The notes under the pieces: model-generated
What the model was told of the DNA's origin: nothing
The model's database searches: none
Seen by the model: the letters and a program-made list of their open reading frames with translations, nothing else
Position numbers and translations under genes: made by a program
Sequence record: SRR31156797_4417
Reading direction: 5' to 3' (one strand)
DNA: 60,983 bases
In this document: piece after piece, positions 38,098-48,129 of the stretch
Layout: every line of letters begins with the position of its first letter
Position numbering within the stretch: the first letter of the stretch is position 1

Positions 38098-40230
38098 ATG
38101 ATTGACACACATATTCAAACGATATCCCGAGAACTCTCTCTCAAGCCACATCACGTCAAAGCCGTTGCAGCACTTCTTGATGAAGGGGCGACTGTGCCTT
38201 TCATTTCTCGGTATCGTAAAGAAGCAACCGGTACTATGGATGAGGTTGGAGTGGCCGGAGTCCGCGACAGGTTAATCGAATTGGCAGAACTGGACAAACG
38301 ACGTGAAGCAATTCTCTCCTCTTTACTCGAAAGGGACCTTCTTTCTGACGAGCTCAAACAGGCTATTCATCAAGCCAGAGACAAAGCTCGATTGGAAGAT
38401 ATCTATCTGCCCCATCGCCCAAAACGACGGACGCGGGCAGCCATGGCCAAAGAACGCGGGCTGGAACCTTTGGCAAGCACACTCTTCAACCAACGAGGCG
38501 TCGACCCAAAACGGGAAGCTGAACGGTATGTGACCCCAGACAAAGACGTGGCCGATGTTGAAGCGGCACTGGCAGGAGCTCGCGATATCATTGCTGAAAA
38601 CATTAATGAAAATCCAAAAGTGAGAGCAGCCATACGCACCTTGTTCGTTAAACGTGGCCGCTTTGTTTCTCAAGTCGCCAAAGGTAAAGAAGAAGCCGGA
38701 GCAACCTACCGAGACTGGTTTGACTGGGATGAACCCTTGGCGCGAATTCCCGGTCATCGAGCGCTTGCCATGTTTCGAGGTGAAAATGAAAAGCTGCTCA
38801 AACTCTGTTTACGCCCACCTGAAGAGGAAGCCACAGAACTCATGCGCAAATCTGTTTTGCGCGGCAATGGCGCAGATTCCCGCGAAGTAGGTATCGCTCT
38901 TGATGATTGTTATAAACGTTTGCTCGGCCCATCCATGGAAAACGAAGTGCGGGCTGAAGTCAAAAAACGGGCTGACGCGGAGGCTATCGGCGTCTTTGCT
39001 GCGAATCTACGAGAATTGTTGCTGGCTGCTCCGCTTGGACAAAAACGCGTATTGGCTCTCGACCCCGGATTTCGTACCGGAGCCAAGCTCACGGTACTGG
39101 ACGCTCAAGGCGCACTGAAAGAACATACAACGATTTTTCCCACAGGATCAAAAAGACAACAGGGAGAGGCTGGTGCAACCCTCCAAACTTTATGTTCCAA
39201 ACACGCTGTTGAAGCGATAGCTATTGGCAACGGCACCGCAGGCCGCGAAACTGAAACTTTTGTCAAAAGTTTGAACCTTAGTATCCCGACCGTTCTTGTC
39301 AACGAAGCAGGAGCTTCCATCTACTCGGCTTCGGAAGTCGCTCGTCGAGAATTTCCCGATCTTGATCTGACCGTTCGCGGTTCGGCCTCCATAGGACGAA
39401 GACTTATGGACCCACTGGCTGAACTGGTCAAGATTGATCCCAAATCCATTGGTGTAGGCCAATATCAACATGATGTTGATCAGACGGCTCTCAAAAAAGG
39501 CCTCGACGACGTGGTGGAACGATGTGTCAACTCGGTTGGGGTAGACTTGAATACGGCAAGTCGAGAATTACTCGCTTCCGTTTCTGGGTTAGGACCTGTT
39601 CTGGCTGAAAATATCGTCAATTATCGCGACAAGAATGGTCCTTTTACCTCTCGACGAGAGCTGCTCAAGGTTAAACGACTTGGACCAAAGGCATTTGAAC
39701 AGGCTGCCGGGTTTCTACGCGTTAAAGGTAAAGAAATACTGGATGGCAGCGCGGTTCACCCCGAACGATATAAATTAGTTAAACAAATGGCCAAAGACGC
39801 GAATTGCACCGTAGCAGACCTGATAAATGATCCGACGGCTCGTGAACGAGTAAGGATTGTTGATTACATCTCTGAAGAAGTAGGGCTACCTACACTGCGA
39901 GACATCATCGACGAACTCACCAAGCCGGGACGGGATCCTCGTGCCGAATTCAGTGCATTTTCATTTGCCGAAGGAATTAACGATATCAAAGACCTGCACG
40001 AAGGCATGAGGTTGCCCGGAATCGTCACCAACGTTACAAAATTCGGCGCATTTGTAGATATTGGCGTGCACCGCGACGGCCTTGTTCACATTAGCCAACT
40101 GGCCGACAAATTTATCCGAGATCCTTCAGAAATTGTAGCCGCTGGCCGCGAGGTCACTGTCACCGTCATCGGCGTTGATGAGAAACGCGGACGCATAAAC
40201 CTGAGCATGAAAACGCGAACGGAAGCGTAA
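38098..40230 (+). CDS. tex: Tex family transcriptional accessory protein (S1 domain)
   Basis: GATVPFISRYRKEATG, DPGFRTG, EAGASIYSAS, DPLAELVKIDPKSIGVGQYQHDV, C-terminal S1. Confidence 0.97.
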   Translation: MIDTHIQTISRELSLKPHHVKAVAALLDEGATVPFISRYRKEATGTMDEVGVAGVRDRLIELAELDKRREAILSSLLERDLLSDELKQAIHQARDKARLEDIYLPHRPKRRTRAAMAKERGLEPLASTLFNQRGVDPKREAERYVTPDKDVADVEAALAGARDIIAENINENPKVRAAIRTLFVKRGRFVSQVAKGKEEAGATYRDWFDWDEPLARIPGHRALAMFRGENEKLLKLCLRPPEEEATELMRKSVLRGNGADSREVGIALDDCYKRLLGPSMENEVRAEVKKRADAEAIGVFAANLRELLLAAPLGQKRVLALDPGFRTGAKLTVLDAQGALKEHTTIFPTGSKRQQGEAGATLQTLCSKHAVEAIAIGNGTAGRETETFVKSLNLSIPTVLVNEAGASIYSASEVARREFPDLDLTVRGSASIGRRLMDPLAELVKIDPKSIGVGQYQHDVDQTALKKGLDDVVERCVNSVGVDLNTASRELLASVSGLGPVLAENIVNYRDKNGPFTSRRELLKVKRLGPKAFEQAAGFLRVKGKEILDGSAVHPERYKLVKQMAKDANCTVADLINDPTARERVRIVDYISEEVGLPTLRDIIDELTKPGRDPRAEFSAFSFAEGINDIKDLHEGMRLPGIVTNVTKFGAFVDIGVHRDGLVHISQLADKFIRDPSEIVAAGREVTVTVIGVDEKRGRINLSMKTRTEA

Positions 40231-40298
40231 GACGATAGCCATAAAAATGAACGAACACCAATCCTACTCATTCGCCCTTTAGAAAATTACAAACATTC

Positions 40299-40332
40299 AA
40301 AAGGACACTTGATTACCAAGTGTCCTTTCTTA
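40299..40332. terminator. Bidirectional intrinsic terminator
   Basis: AAAGGACACTTG / CAAGTGTCCTTT between convergent genes. Confidence 0.8.
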
Positions 40333-40360
40333 CGTACTCTCGTACTCATTCCAACAGAAA

Positions 40361-40936
40361 CTATTCAAATATCACATGAATTCCGACTTTACCTTTCATG
40401 GTACGGAGAGACTCAATAAGGTCATTTCCACTTTTACCGCCCGTTTTAATTATCATATGTTCTTTTTCTTCAAGAAAATCAGCCAAGCTCACTGAATCAA
40501 CCAATATTCCACGTCCAAGAACGTCAACACCGGTTTCTACAGCCAGCGTACTAAATATCTTCATGGAGACAATAATAGGCTCAGCATGATCTGCCTTTAC
40601 TTCTTTCTGCGCAGAAATTTCGCTACGAAAACTTTTATACGGATTATCACGCCCCATAACTATACCGACAATACCGGGCATAGCACCACCAAGAGCAAAT
40701 CTGTCTCCATCCTTAATAAAAACACTATCAATATCATCAACCGGTCTGTTGTTTCTAAAAATAGTCCGCACTTTCTGTTCAATGAAATCATCTTCATATT
40801 CCAAGACGTCATGCAAAAGATTTCTCACGGACATCCCGGATTTTCCCTGAAGAAAAAAACCTTTCTGTAACAAAAAATTCCAACCGGATGCAGCCCCGGA
40901 CATCATTTTTATAGTCATGAAAGCAACATTATTCAT
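40361..40936 (-). CDS. Hypothetical protein with internal MoaD/ThiS-like beta-grasp segment
   Basis: VRTIFRNNRPVDDIDSVFIKDGDRFALGGAMPG; divergent from aor. Confidence 0.7.
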   Translation of the reverse strand: MNNVAFMTIKMMSGAASGWNFLLQKGFFLQGKSGMSVRNLLHDVLEYEDDFIEQKVRTIFRNNRPVDDIDSVFIKDGDRFALGGAMPGIVGIVMGRDNPYKSFRSEISAQKEVKADHAEPIIVSMKIFSTLAVETGVDVLGRGILVDSVSLADFLEEKEHMIIKTGGKSGNDLIESLRTMKGKVGIHVIFE

Positions 40937-41117
40937 TATTTTCCCCACCTTGGATAAACATCTGTTTCATCGACAACTACATTATGCCCAACAGAACACA
41001 ATCGACTGTTTTTTTTGACATTATTTCTTGAAGAGGTGTATGAAAGACTTGTTAGACAGTTTACCATTATTGCGTCAACACGAACGCATCAATATTAACA
41101 AAGCAGAGGGTAATACA

Positions 41118-42845
41118 ATGCCTCAGATTCTCAGAATCAACTGCCGAACCAAAGAATACAGCTTTGATGAAGTCGGCCCTTACGTCAATCTTGGTGGTCG
41201 TGCTCTGACCTCCCGTCTCATCAACAAAGAAGTTCCTGCCGACTGCCATCCGCTGTCCGCAGACAACAAATTGGTCTTCGCTACTGGCCTGCTGGGCGGT
41301 TCCACTGCTGCCAACTCCGGTCGTGTGTCTGTTGGTACCAAATCCCCACTGACTGGCGGTATCAAGGAATCCAACTCCGGCGGCCTGTTTGCCCACAAGA
41401 TGCCAAAAATGGATCTGCTGGCGATTGTCCTTGAAGACAAGCCTGCCGAAGAAGCACCCTTTTCCACTTTGTTCATCACTGACGGGAAAGTCGAATTCCG
41501 CGATGCTACCGATATTGTCGGAATGGACAACTACCCTGCACATGACAAACTGCTTGAACAGTATGGCGACAAACTGTGCGCAGCCATGATCGGCCCTGCT
41601 GGTGAAACAGTTCGTCAGACAGCGACCATTCAGTTCACGGATCCTTACAAGCGTCCTGCACGTTCTGCTGGCCGCGGCGGCACCGGCGCTGTCATGGGAT
41701 CCAAGAAAATTAAGGCTATCGTACTTGATCCCGAATTTGCCAAAAAGGTCACCCCTGTCGACAACGACAACTTTAAAACCGCTCGTTCCACCTGGGTCAG
41801 TATTCTCAAGGGGCATCCGGTCACTTCTGAAGGACTTCCCGGTTTTGGTACCGCAGTGCTTGTAAACGTTGTTAACGAAGCAGGCGCTCTGCCCACCAAA
41901 AACTTCCGTTACGGTCAATGTGAACACGCTGCAGATATCTCCGGCGAAAAAATGGCCGAGATCATCGAATCCCGCAAAGGCAAAACCACTGAAGGCTGTC
42001 ATGCAGGCTGCATCATCCAGTGCTCTCAGCAGTACAACGATGCCGATGGTAATTATCTGACTTCCGGTTTCGAATACGAGACCATTTGGGCCTTCGGTGC
42101 AAACGCACTGATCAAGGATTTTGACGATATCGCCACCATGGACCGCATCTGCGACGATAAAGGTATGGATACCATCGAAGCAGGAAACACTATTGCTGTA
42201 GCCATGGACGGCGGCATCATCCCTTGGGGCGACGGCAAAGCTGCTATTGAATTGCTCAAGAAAGTCGGTACCAACGACCCCATGGGCATGATCATCGGTA
42301 ACGGTGTTGAGTTTGCTGGCGGCGCATTCGGTGTTGACCGTCTGCCCACTGTCAAACGCCAGTCCATGCCCGCCTATGACCCTCGTGCGGTCAAGGGTGT
42401 TGGCGTAACCTACGCAACGACTGCTATGGGCGCTGACCACACCGCCGGATATGGTGTTACTGCGAACCTGCTGGGTGTCGGCGGTTCTATCGACGGTCTC
42501 AAGAAAGAAGGCAATATTGAGTTGTCCAAAAATCTTCAGGTCGCTACTGCTGCCATCGATTCCATGGGCTTCTGCCTGTTCGTAGCATTCGCTGTGCTGG
42601 ATTCCGACAACGGTGTACAGACCATGGCCGACCTTGTTCAGTCCTGGACCGGCAACACCTTCACCCCTGACGATCTGATCGCCCTTGGTGTCGGCGCCAT
42701 GAAAGATGAGCAGGCGTTCAACGAACGTGCCGGTTTCACTAAGGCAGACGACAAACTGCCCCGTTTCTTCGAAACCGATCCGCTTCCGCCTCACAATGTT
42801 ACTTGGGATTACGACGAAGACGAGCTTCAAGCCGCCAAAGTCTAA
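41118..42845 (+). CDS. aor: Tungsten-type aldehyde:ferredoxin oxidoreductase
   Basis: KSPLTGGIKESNSGG, IGPAGE, AGRGGTGAVMGSK, CHAGCIIQC, EYET, DDKGMD; start after GAGGG. Confidence 0.95.
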   Translation: MPQILRINCRTKEYSFDEVGPYVNLGGRALTSRLINKEVPADCHPLSADNKLVFATGLLGGSTAANSGRVSVGTKSPLTGGIKESNSGGLFAHKMPKMDLLAIVLEDKPAEEAPFSTLFITDGKVEFRDATDIVGMDNYPAHDKLLEQYGDKLCAAMIGPAGETVRQTATIQFTDPYKRPARSAGRGGTGAVMGSKKIKAIVLDPEFAKKVTPVDNDNFKTARSTWVSILKGHPVTSEGLPGFGTAVLVNVVNEAGALPTKNFRYGQCEHAADISGEKMAEIIESRKGKTTEGCHAGCIIQCSQQYNDADGNYLTSGFEYETIWAFGANALIKDFDDIATMDRICDDKGMDTIEAGNTIAVAMDGGIIPWGDGKAAIELLKKVGTNDPMGMIIGNGVEFAGGAFGVDRLPTVKRQSMPAYDPRAVKGVGVTYATTAMGADHTAGYGVTANLLGVGGSIDGLKKEGNIELSKNLQVATAAIDSMGFCLFVAFAVLDSDNGVQTMADLVQSWTGNTFTPDDLIALGVGAMKDEQAFNERAGFTKADDKLPRFFETDPLPPHNVTWDYDEDELQAAKV

Positions 42846-42863
42846 AAAGCTCCTATTAAAAAT

Positions 42864-42896
42864 AAAAGGCCGGGAATCTATTCTCGGCCTTTTTTT
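42864..42896 (+). terminator. Intrinsic terminator after aor
   Basis: GGCCGGGAAT / ATTCTCGGCC followed by T7. Confidence 0.85.
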
Positions 42897-42902
42897 CGCC
42901 TG

Positions 42903-42931
42903 TTGACCCACTCACTTCAAATGACTAGATT
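42903..42931 (+). promoter_or_regulatory. sigma70 promoter of moaD (probably leaderless transcript)
   Basis: TTGACC-N17-TAGATT ending 6 nt before the ATG. Confidence 0.6.
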
Positions 42932-42937
42932 GGACAT

Positions 42938-43165
42938 ATGGGAATAGAACTCAAATGTTTTGCAACGTTGGCTAAGTTCCTGCCTGAAAATGGCGACGAT
43001 TACCCGATTGAAACGGGGGAGACTGTCAGGTCACTCGTCGGCAAACTCGGCATGCCTGAAAAAGATGTAACACTCATATTCATTAATGCGGTCCGCTCCA
43101 ATCTGGATAGCGAAATCAATAATGGTGACAGAGTTGGCCTGTTCCCACCGGTCGGCGGGGGTTAA
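42938..43165 (+). CDS. moaD: MoaD/ThiS ubiquitin-like sulfur carrier
   Basis: FATL N-terminus, GDRVGLFPPVGGG C-terminus. Confidence 0.9.
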   Translation: MGIELKCFATLAKFLPENGDDYPIETGETVRSLVGKLGMPEKDVTLIFINAVRSNLDSEINNGDRVGLFPPVGGG

Positions 43166-43168
43166 ACC

Positions 43169-44005
43169 GTGACGGGGATTTTGGACAACATTCGCGCGTA
43201 TGCCAAAAGCTCTCTACTCCCTTGGGGAATAACGGGTTCCATAATATCCAATGAGGCCGTCTCTATGCTGGCCCAGCAATATCTCGTGTCGGGTCATATT
43301 GTTGAGCGTCAAGCATTAACAGAGGGAATTTACCCACTCAGATACCTTAGAAACCTGCAGTCCATTACGATCGAAGGACAACAACGTCTTCTGAAATCAA
43401 CCGTTGCACAAGTTGGCCTTGGTGGACTTGGCGGCAACCTGCTTGAACAATTCCTGAGAATGGGCATCGGGACCATTCATGCTGCGGATGGCGACCACTT
43501 TGAGGAAAGTAATCTTAATCGACAACAACTATCCACACTGGGTAACCTCAACCAATCCAAAGCGCATGTTGCAACCCAAAGAGCCGAAGCAATCAATCCA
43601 TCAGTAGAATTCTCTGCGACAGAAAAATTTCTGAACGTAGATTCCTTACCCGACTTCCTGTCTGAAGCCGATATTGTTATTGATGCCTTGGGAGGGCTGG
43701 AAACACGCCTTCACCTGCAAAAAGCTGCTGCTAAAGCCAAAGCACCTCTTATCACAGGAGCTTTAGCCGGATGGACAGGGTATGTTAGCGTTGTTATGCC
43801 TGATGAAATTGGTCCGGCAGACATCATGGGCGTCGACAATGAAGCAGAACGCATACTTGGCTGCCCTGCCCCTTCCGTCACGTTGATAGCGTCACTTATG
43901 ACGACTGAAGCGATAAAAATCCTTACCGACAACCACTCAACGTTACAGGGTAAAATGCTTGTCATAGACCTTGCCTCGTCCACCTTTGAAACAGTCTCTC
44001 TGTAA
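43169..44005 (+). CDS. ThiF/MoeB E1-like adenylyltransferase
   Basis: RYLRN, GQQRL, VGLGGLG, DGDHFEESNLNRQ; no Zn CxxC motifs; adjacent to moaD. Confidence 0.9.
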   Translation: MTGILDNIRAYAKSSLLPWGITGSIISNEAVSMLAQQYLVSGHIVERQALTEGIYPLRYLRNLQSITIEGQQRLLKSTVAQVGLGGLGGNLLEQFLRMGIGTIHAADGDHFEESNLNRQQLSTLGNLNQSKAHVATQRAEAINPSVEFSATEKFLNVDSLPDFLSEADIVIDALGGLETRLHLQKAAAKAKAPLITGALAGWTGYVSVVMPDEIGPADIMGVDNEAERILGCPAPSVTLIASLMTTEAIKILTDNHSTLQGKMLVIDLASSTFETVSL

Positions 44006-44133
44006 TTTATCGGTGCCGTATCACAAGCGATTATGCTTCCGTTGACTTAATATTAAAGTTCCTGCATATACTTTTTTGAACAACAATTCATGAGAACAAT
44101 CACTTAATTAATATATAGCCTTGGCACTTTACC

Positions 44134-44520
44134 ATGACAAAAGAACTAGATACAACACTTCGTCTTCGCATATGGCTTGAACAAAAAGACAAGACCTATA
44201 TTGGCATTGGAAGCACGCTGCTGCTCAAACATGTCGAAGATCTCGGTTCTCTTCGAAAGGCGGCCGAAGCACTCGGGATGTCTTACAGGCGGGCTTGGGG
44301 AAAACTCAAAAATGCTGAAGAACGCATAGGCCAACCTCTGGTTGAAAAAACCAAAGGTATGGGACAACGATTCAACCTATCTCCTTACGGCAAAGAGTTG
44401 ATGGAAAAATTTCTCAGTTTTTATCTCGATGTCGAAGACTATGCCACCAAACGGGCTGGAGAACTCCTGGAAATGGATGTCAAAAAGTCCGGTGAATTCT
44501 ATCGTGACGACACGCAATAG
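44134..44520 (+). CDS. ModE-family winged-helix regulator lacking TOBE domains
   Basis: GSLRKAAEALGMSYRRAW...EERIGQPLV; only 128 aa. Confidence 0.88.
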   Translation: MTKELDTTLRLRIWLEQKDKTYIGIGSTLLLKHVEDLGSLRKAAEALGMSYRRAWGKLKNAEERIGQPLVEKTKGMGQRFNLSPYGKELMEKFLSFYLDVEDYATKRAGELLEMDVKKSGEFYRDDTQ

Positions 44521-44612
44521 AAACAACCTAGCTACAACTAACTAATTTTTTTGAATAAAACAGTCATCACGTCGTAAAACTATCAAACAAAACCCTACCT
44601 TTGGAGGACACA

Positions 44613-45437
44613 ATGAAACGTTTACTTCTCATCTCTCTCTCGCTCGTACTCTCTGTCGCCCTGGCTGTGCCTGCTCTGGCCGGGAAAACACTGATGATGG
44701 CAACAACAACGAGTACCGCCAACACCGGTTTGCTGGATGAATTAATCGTTCCACAATTCTTGAAAGACACTGGCGTTGAAATTAAATTCGTTGCAGTCGG
44801 CACAGGTAAAGCCTTGAAAATGGCTGAAAACTGCGATGTCGATATTGTTCTGGTTCACGCCCCTGCTTCTGAAAAAGCATACATGGACAAAGGCGTTCTT
44901 ATCGACCGCACTGAAGTCATGTACAACGATTTCGTTATTATCGGCCCCGCATCTGATCCTGCAGGCGTCAAGGGCATGAGTGTTGCCGAAGCACTGAAGA
45001 CCATCGCCACCAAGAAGGCTTCCTTTGCTAGCCGAGGTGACAACTCCGGTACCAACAAAAAAGAACTTTCCTTGTGGAAGGCAGCTGGTATGGCTGTTCC
45101 CGAAAAAGACGCATGGTATGTACAGACTGGTCAGGGCATGCTTCCGACAATCAATATCGCCAATGAAAAGTCAGGCTACACCATGACAGACCGGGGCACC
45201 TTCATCAAATATGCAGACAACCATGGTGGCAACCCGCCGCTGATCGTTCTGGTAGAAGGCGACAAGGTTCTGTTCAATCAGTACAGTGCGTTGGCCGTGA
45301 ATCCCGAACACTGCAAAGATGCTCAGTATGATCTGGCTAAGCAGTATATTGCATGGATGGCCTCCCCTGAGACTCAGAAAGCCATTGGCAATTTCAAGCT
45401 TTTGGGCAAGAAGCTTTTCATTCCCAACGCAAAGTAG
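44613..45437 (+). CDS. tupA: Tungstate ABC transporter substrate-binding protein
   Basis: Signal peptide, TTTS motif, AVGTGKAL, VLVHAP, YNDFVIIGP, SRGDNSGT. Confidence 0.95.
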   Translation: MKRLLLISLSLVLSVALAVPALAGKTLMMATTTSTANTGLLDELIVPQFLKDTGVEIKFVAVGTGKALKMAENCDVDIVLVHAPASEKAYMDKGVLIDRTEVMYNDFVIIGPASDPAGVKGMSVAEALKTIATKKASFASRGDNSGTNKKELSLWKAAGMAVPEKDAWYVQTGQGMLPTINIANEKSGYTMTDRGTFIKYADNHGGNPPLIVLVEGDKVLFNQYSALAVNPEHCKDAQYDLAKQYIAWMASPETQKAIGNFKLLGKKLFIPNAK

Positions 45438-45454
45438 ATAGAGTAAGCTAATCC

Positions 45455-45484
45455 ACCGGGGGAACGGACTCCCGTTCCCCTGGT
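45455..45484 (+). other. Intergenic stem-loop after tupA (probable mRNA stability element)
   Basis: ACCGGGGGAACGG / CCGTTCCCCTGGT stem with no plus-strand T tail, between the binding-protein and permease genes. Confidence 0.55.
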
Positions 45485-45500
45485 CAAAAAAGGATTGTGA

Positions 45501-46196
45501 ATGGACTATCTGCTTCAAGGTTTTCTTCAAGGTTTTGTTCTCCTCTTTACTGGCGACCCTGAAACGTATTCCGCAATTTGGGCGACAGTAGGTGCATCCT
45601 CTCTATCAATGTTTTTCAGTCTTGCCATTGGCGTTCCGCTCGGTTTCTTTCTCGGCCACAAAACATTCATCGGGAAGCGAATTCTTCGAACTATCGTGGA
45701 CACGCTGCTGTCATTCCCCACGGTCGTCATTGGTTTATTGGTCTATGCTTTCCTGACAAGACACGGCCCTCTAGGTGGGACCGGTCTCCTTTTTTCCATA
45801 CCAGGAGTTGCCATAGGACAAACCTTGCTTGGCCTGCCCATTATCATCGCCATGACCGCAAACGCGGTGGAAGGATTGGACAAAAGACTCCCCATGACAC
45901 TCATCACTCTTGGAGCCGATCCCCGACAAATTCTCTGGGCCACTGTTATGGAAGCACGATTTTCCATTATGCTCGCCGCCATGGCCGCCTATGGCCGCAT
46001 CGTGTCGGAAGTCGGCATATCTATGCTTGTGGGTGGCAATATCAAATGGCACACGCGAACCATCACCACAGCTATTGCTCTGGAAACAGGTAAAGGAGAG
46101 TTTGCCGTAGGGATCGCACTCGGCATTGTCCTGCTTGCTGTAGCCCTGCTTGTTAATGTCGCAGCCACTGGCCTTAAAAAGAAGGCTGTCCAATGA
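45501..46196 (+). CDS. tupB: Tungstate ABC transporter permease
   Basis: PTVVIGL, GPLG, RIVSEVG...GGNIKWHTRTITTAI. Confidence 0.95.
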   Translation: MDYLLQGFLQGFVLLFTGDPETYSAIWATVGASSLSMFFSLAIGVPLGFFLGHKTFIGKRILRTIVDTLLSFPTVVIGLLVYAFLTRHGPLGGTGLLFSIPGVAIGQTLLGLPIIIAMTANAVEGLDKRLPMTLITLGADPRQILWATVMEARFSIMLAAMAAYGRIVSEVGISMLVGGNIKWHTRTITTAIALETGKGEFAVGIALGIVLLAVALLVNVAATGLKKKAVQ

Positions 46197-46849
46197 GCAA
46201 GTCCATAATTTCCCTACATAATATTCGACAAATTTTTTCTGGCCGACAGGTTCTCAGCATCGACGAACTCGACATCAATCAAGGCGATATCATCGGGCTG
46301 GCTGGTCCAAATGGCTCCGGAAAATCAACGTTGCTTCGCATACTCGCTTTTCTAGATGCCCCATCCTCCGGCACTCTCTCTTTTATGGGAACAAAAACTT
46401 CTACTAAACCGGGCGCAGTGCACCGCCAAGTCACATTGCTTGTTCAGGAGCCGTATCTGCTTAAACGCACGGTCCATGCAAATGTCGCTTACGGACTTAG
46501 AGTCCGTAAAAAGTCAGACATTACAACGAAGGTACATAACGCTCTAATTGAAGTCGGCTTGTCCCCGGAATCTTTTTCATCAAGGCATTGGTTTGAGCTC
46601 TCTGGCGGCGAGGCTCAACGCGTGGCTCTGGCCGCCCGCCTGGTCCTCAAACCCAAAGTACTTCTTATGGATGAACCCACGGCCAGTCTCGATGCCAAAA
46701 GCGCTACTCTTATTCGACAGGCTGCACTTAAAGCTCGCACAAACAACGGGACAAGCCTCGTGGTTGCCAGTCACGATCTCGACTGGCTCGGCAAGGTCAG
46801 CGATCGTATTATTCATCTTGAACACGGATCTATTGTTGAGACATCATAG
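46193..46849 (+). CDS. tupC: Tungstate ABC transporter ATPase
   Basis: GPNGSGKST, LSGGE, LMDEPT, SHD. Confidence 0.93.
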   Translation: MSKSIISLHNIRQIFSGRQVLSIDELDINQGDIIGLAGPNGSGKSTLLRILAFLDAPSSGTLSFMGTKTSTKPGAVHRQVTLLVQEPYLLKRTVHANVAYGLRVRKKSDITTKVHNALIEVGLSPESFSSRHWFELSGGEAQRVALAARLVLKPKVLLMDEPTASLDAKSATLIRQAALKARTNNGTSLVVASHDLDWLGKVSDRIIHLEHGSIVETS

Positions 46850-46870
46850 CTTTCCCCACGGAGATACACC

Positions 46871-47578
46871 ATGAAAGCAATATCCATCGTTGGACCTAAA
46901 AATTCCGGCAAAACAACACTTGGCCTTGAACTGGCTCGTCACTTCAAGGCTTCAGGCCTGACTGTCGCTGCTGCAAAATTCAGCCATCACGGATTTGACT
47001 GGGCTGACACTGACACAACCCAATATGCAGAAATCTGTGACGCTGTGGCTGGTCTCAGCCCCAAGGAAGCATTCGTTAATTGGACCGACCAACGGTTTCT
47101 CCCTGACATCCTCCCCCTCCTGACCGCCGACGTTCTCATTGTCGAAGGAGGTAAATCGCTAGGATATCTTCCACGCATCCTCTGTTTGAATGGCGACCTT
47201 GCTGACGGAACGGATTGGCTCATTCCCGACCTTGCCGTAGCCACTTACGGCGACACGAAACTTGATGGTATCACCGCTTATGACACCATTGATTCTCTCG
47301 CCGAAACCGTACTCGAAAAAGGATTTTTCCTGCCCGGTATGGATTGTAAAACATGTGGCAGGCCTGATTGTCATACTTTGGCTGCCGAAATCGTAGCTGG
47401 GAAGGCAACCACCAAGGCATGTCTCGCCATGCACAACTCCATCGAAGTAGACATAAACGGCTCTGCGGTAGGAATGAAACCTTTTGTCGAAGATATTATT
47501 TCCGCCTCTATCCGAGAAATGATCAGAACGCTCAAGGGATACTCTCCGGGCAAAGCAACAATCAAACTGGACGTTTAA
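46871..47578 (+). CDS. mobB: MobB-family P-loop protein with C-terminal Fe-S domain
   Basis: GPKNSGKTT, LIVEG, LPGMDCKTCGRPDC...C, PFVEDII. Confidence 0.85.
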   Translation: MKAISIVGPKNSGKTTLGLELARHFKASGLTVAAAKFSHHGFDWADTDTTQYAEICDAVAGLSPKEAFVNWTDQRFLPDILPLLTADVLIVEGGKSLGYLPRILCLNGDLADGTDWLIPDLAVATYGDTKLDGITAYDTIDSLAETVLEKGFFLPGMDCKTCGRPDCHTLAAEIVAGKATTKACLAMHNSIEVDINGSAVGMKPFVEDIISASIREMIRTLKGYSPGKATIKLDV

Positions 47579-47581
47579 TTC

Positions 47582-48046
47582 ATGCGTATAGTTCTTTTCG
47601 AGCCGGAAATCCCTCCCAATACCGGCAATATCGCTCGATTGTGCGCAGCGACCAAAACACCGTTGCACCTCATTGAACCGTTGGGATTCTCTGTAGACAA
47701 TAAGCACCTCAAACGAGCCGGTCTCGATTACTGGCCCCACGTGGATGTTACTGTACACCCGGATTTCAACGACTTCATGAACCAGATTCAGCCTTCTCGC
47801 CTTGTCATGGCCAGTGCAAAAGCCTCAACACCATACCATCGCTTTGAATTCATGGCAGACGATGCCATTGTTCTGGGACCGGAAACTCGTGGGCTCACAC
47901 CCGAATTCATGAACGGACACCCTCGAATTCGTATCCCAATATGGGGAGAAGTCAGAAGTCTAAATCTGTCAACAGCTACGGGCATCCTTCTTTTCGAAGC
48001 ACTGCGGCAAACCGATGGGATCATGGAAGACATATCCATATCTTGA
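47582..48046 (+). CDS. trmL: tRNA (cytidine/uridine-34 2'-O)-methyltransferase
   Basis: PEIPPNTGNIAR, KRAGLDYW, GPETRGL, RSLNLS. Confidence 0.96.
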   Translation: MRIVLFEPEIPPNTGNIARLCAATKTPLHLIEPLGFSVDNKHLKRAGLDYWPHVDVTVHPDFNDFMNQIQPSRLVMASAKASTPYHRFEFMADDAIVLGPETRGLTPEFMNGHPRIRIPIWGEVRSLNLSTATGILLFEALRQTDGIMEDISIS

Positions 48047-48129
48047 ATTTTACATCCACGCCCTGTACTGTGCTTTTGCTAAACAACACATACAACTTTC
48101 AACCCGAACACTTGGGATAGAATATACCT

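Noticed and set aside
37873-38100. tRNA-Val as an integration site for a genomic island
   Set aside because: No integrase, no repeat of the tRNA 3' end and no compositional break; followed by a terminator and tex.
40950-41117. Moco/Wco riboswitch upstream of aor (also checked upstream of tupA and moaC)
   Set aside because: Leaders are short and AT-rich, without the conserved multi-hairpin motif.
41067-42911. 614-aa antisense ORF spanning aor
   Set aside because: Lies codon-in-register opposite a strongly codon-biased gene that avoids TTA/CTA/TCA; no recognisable motifs. Shadow ORF.
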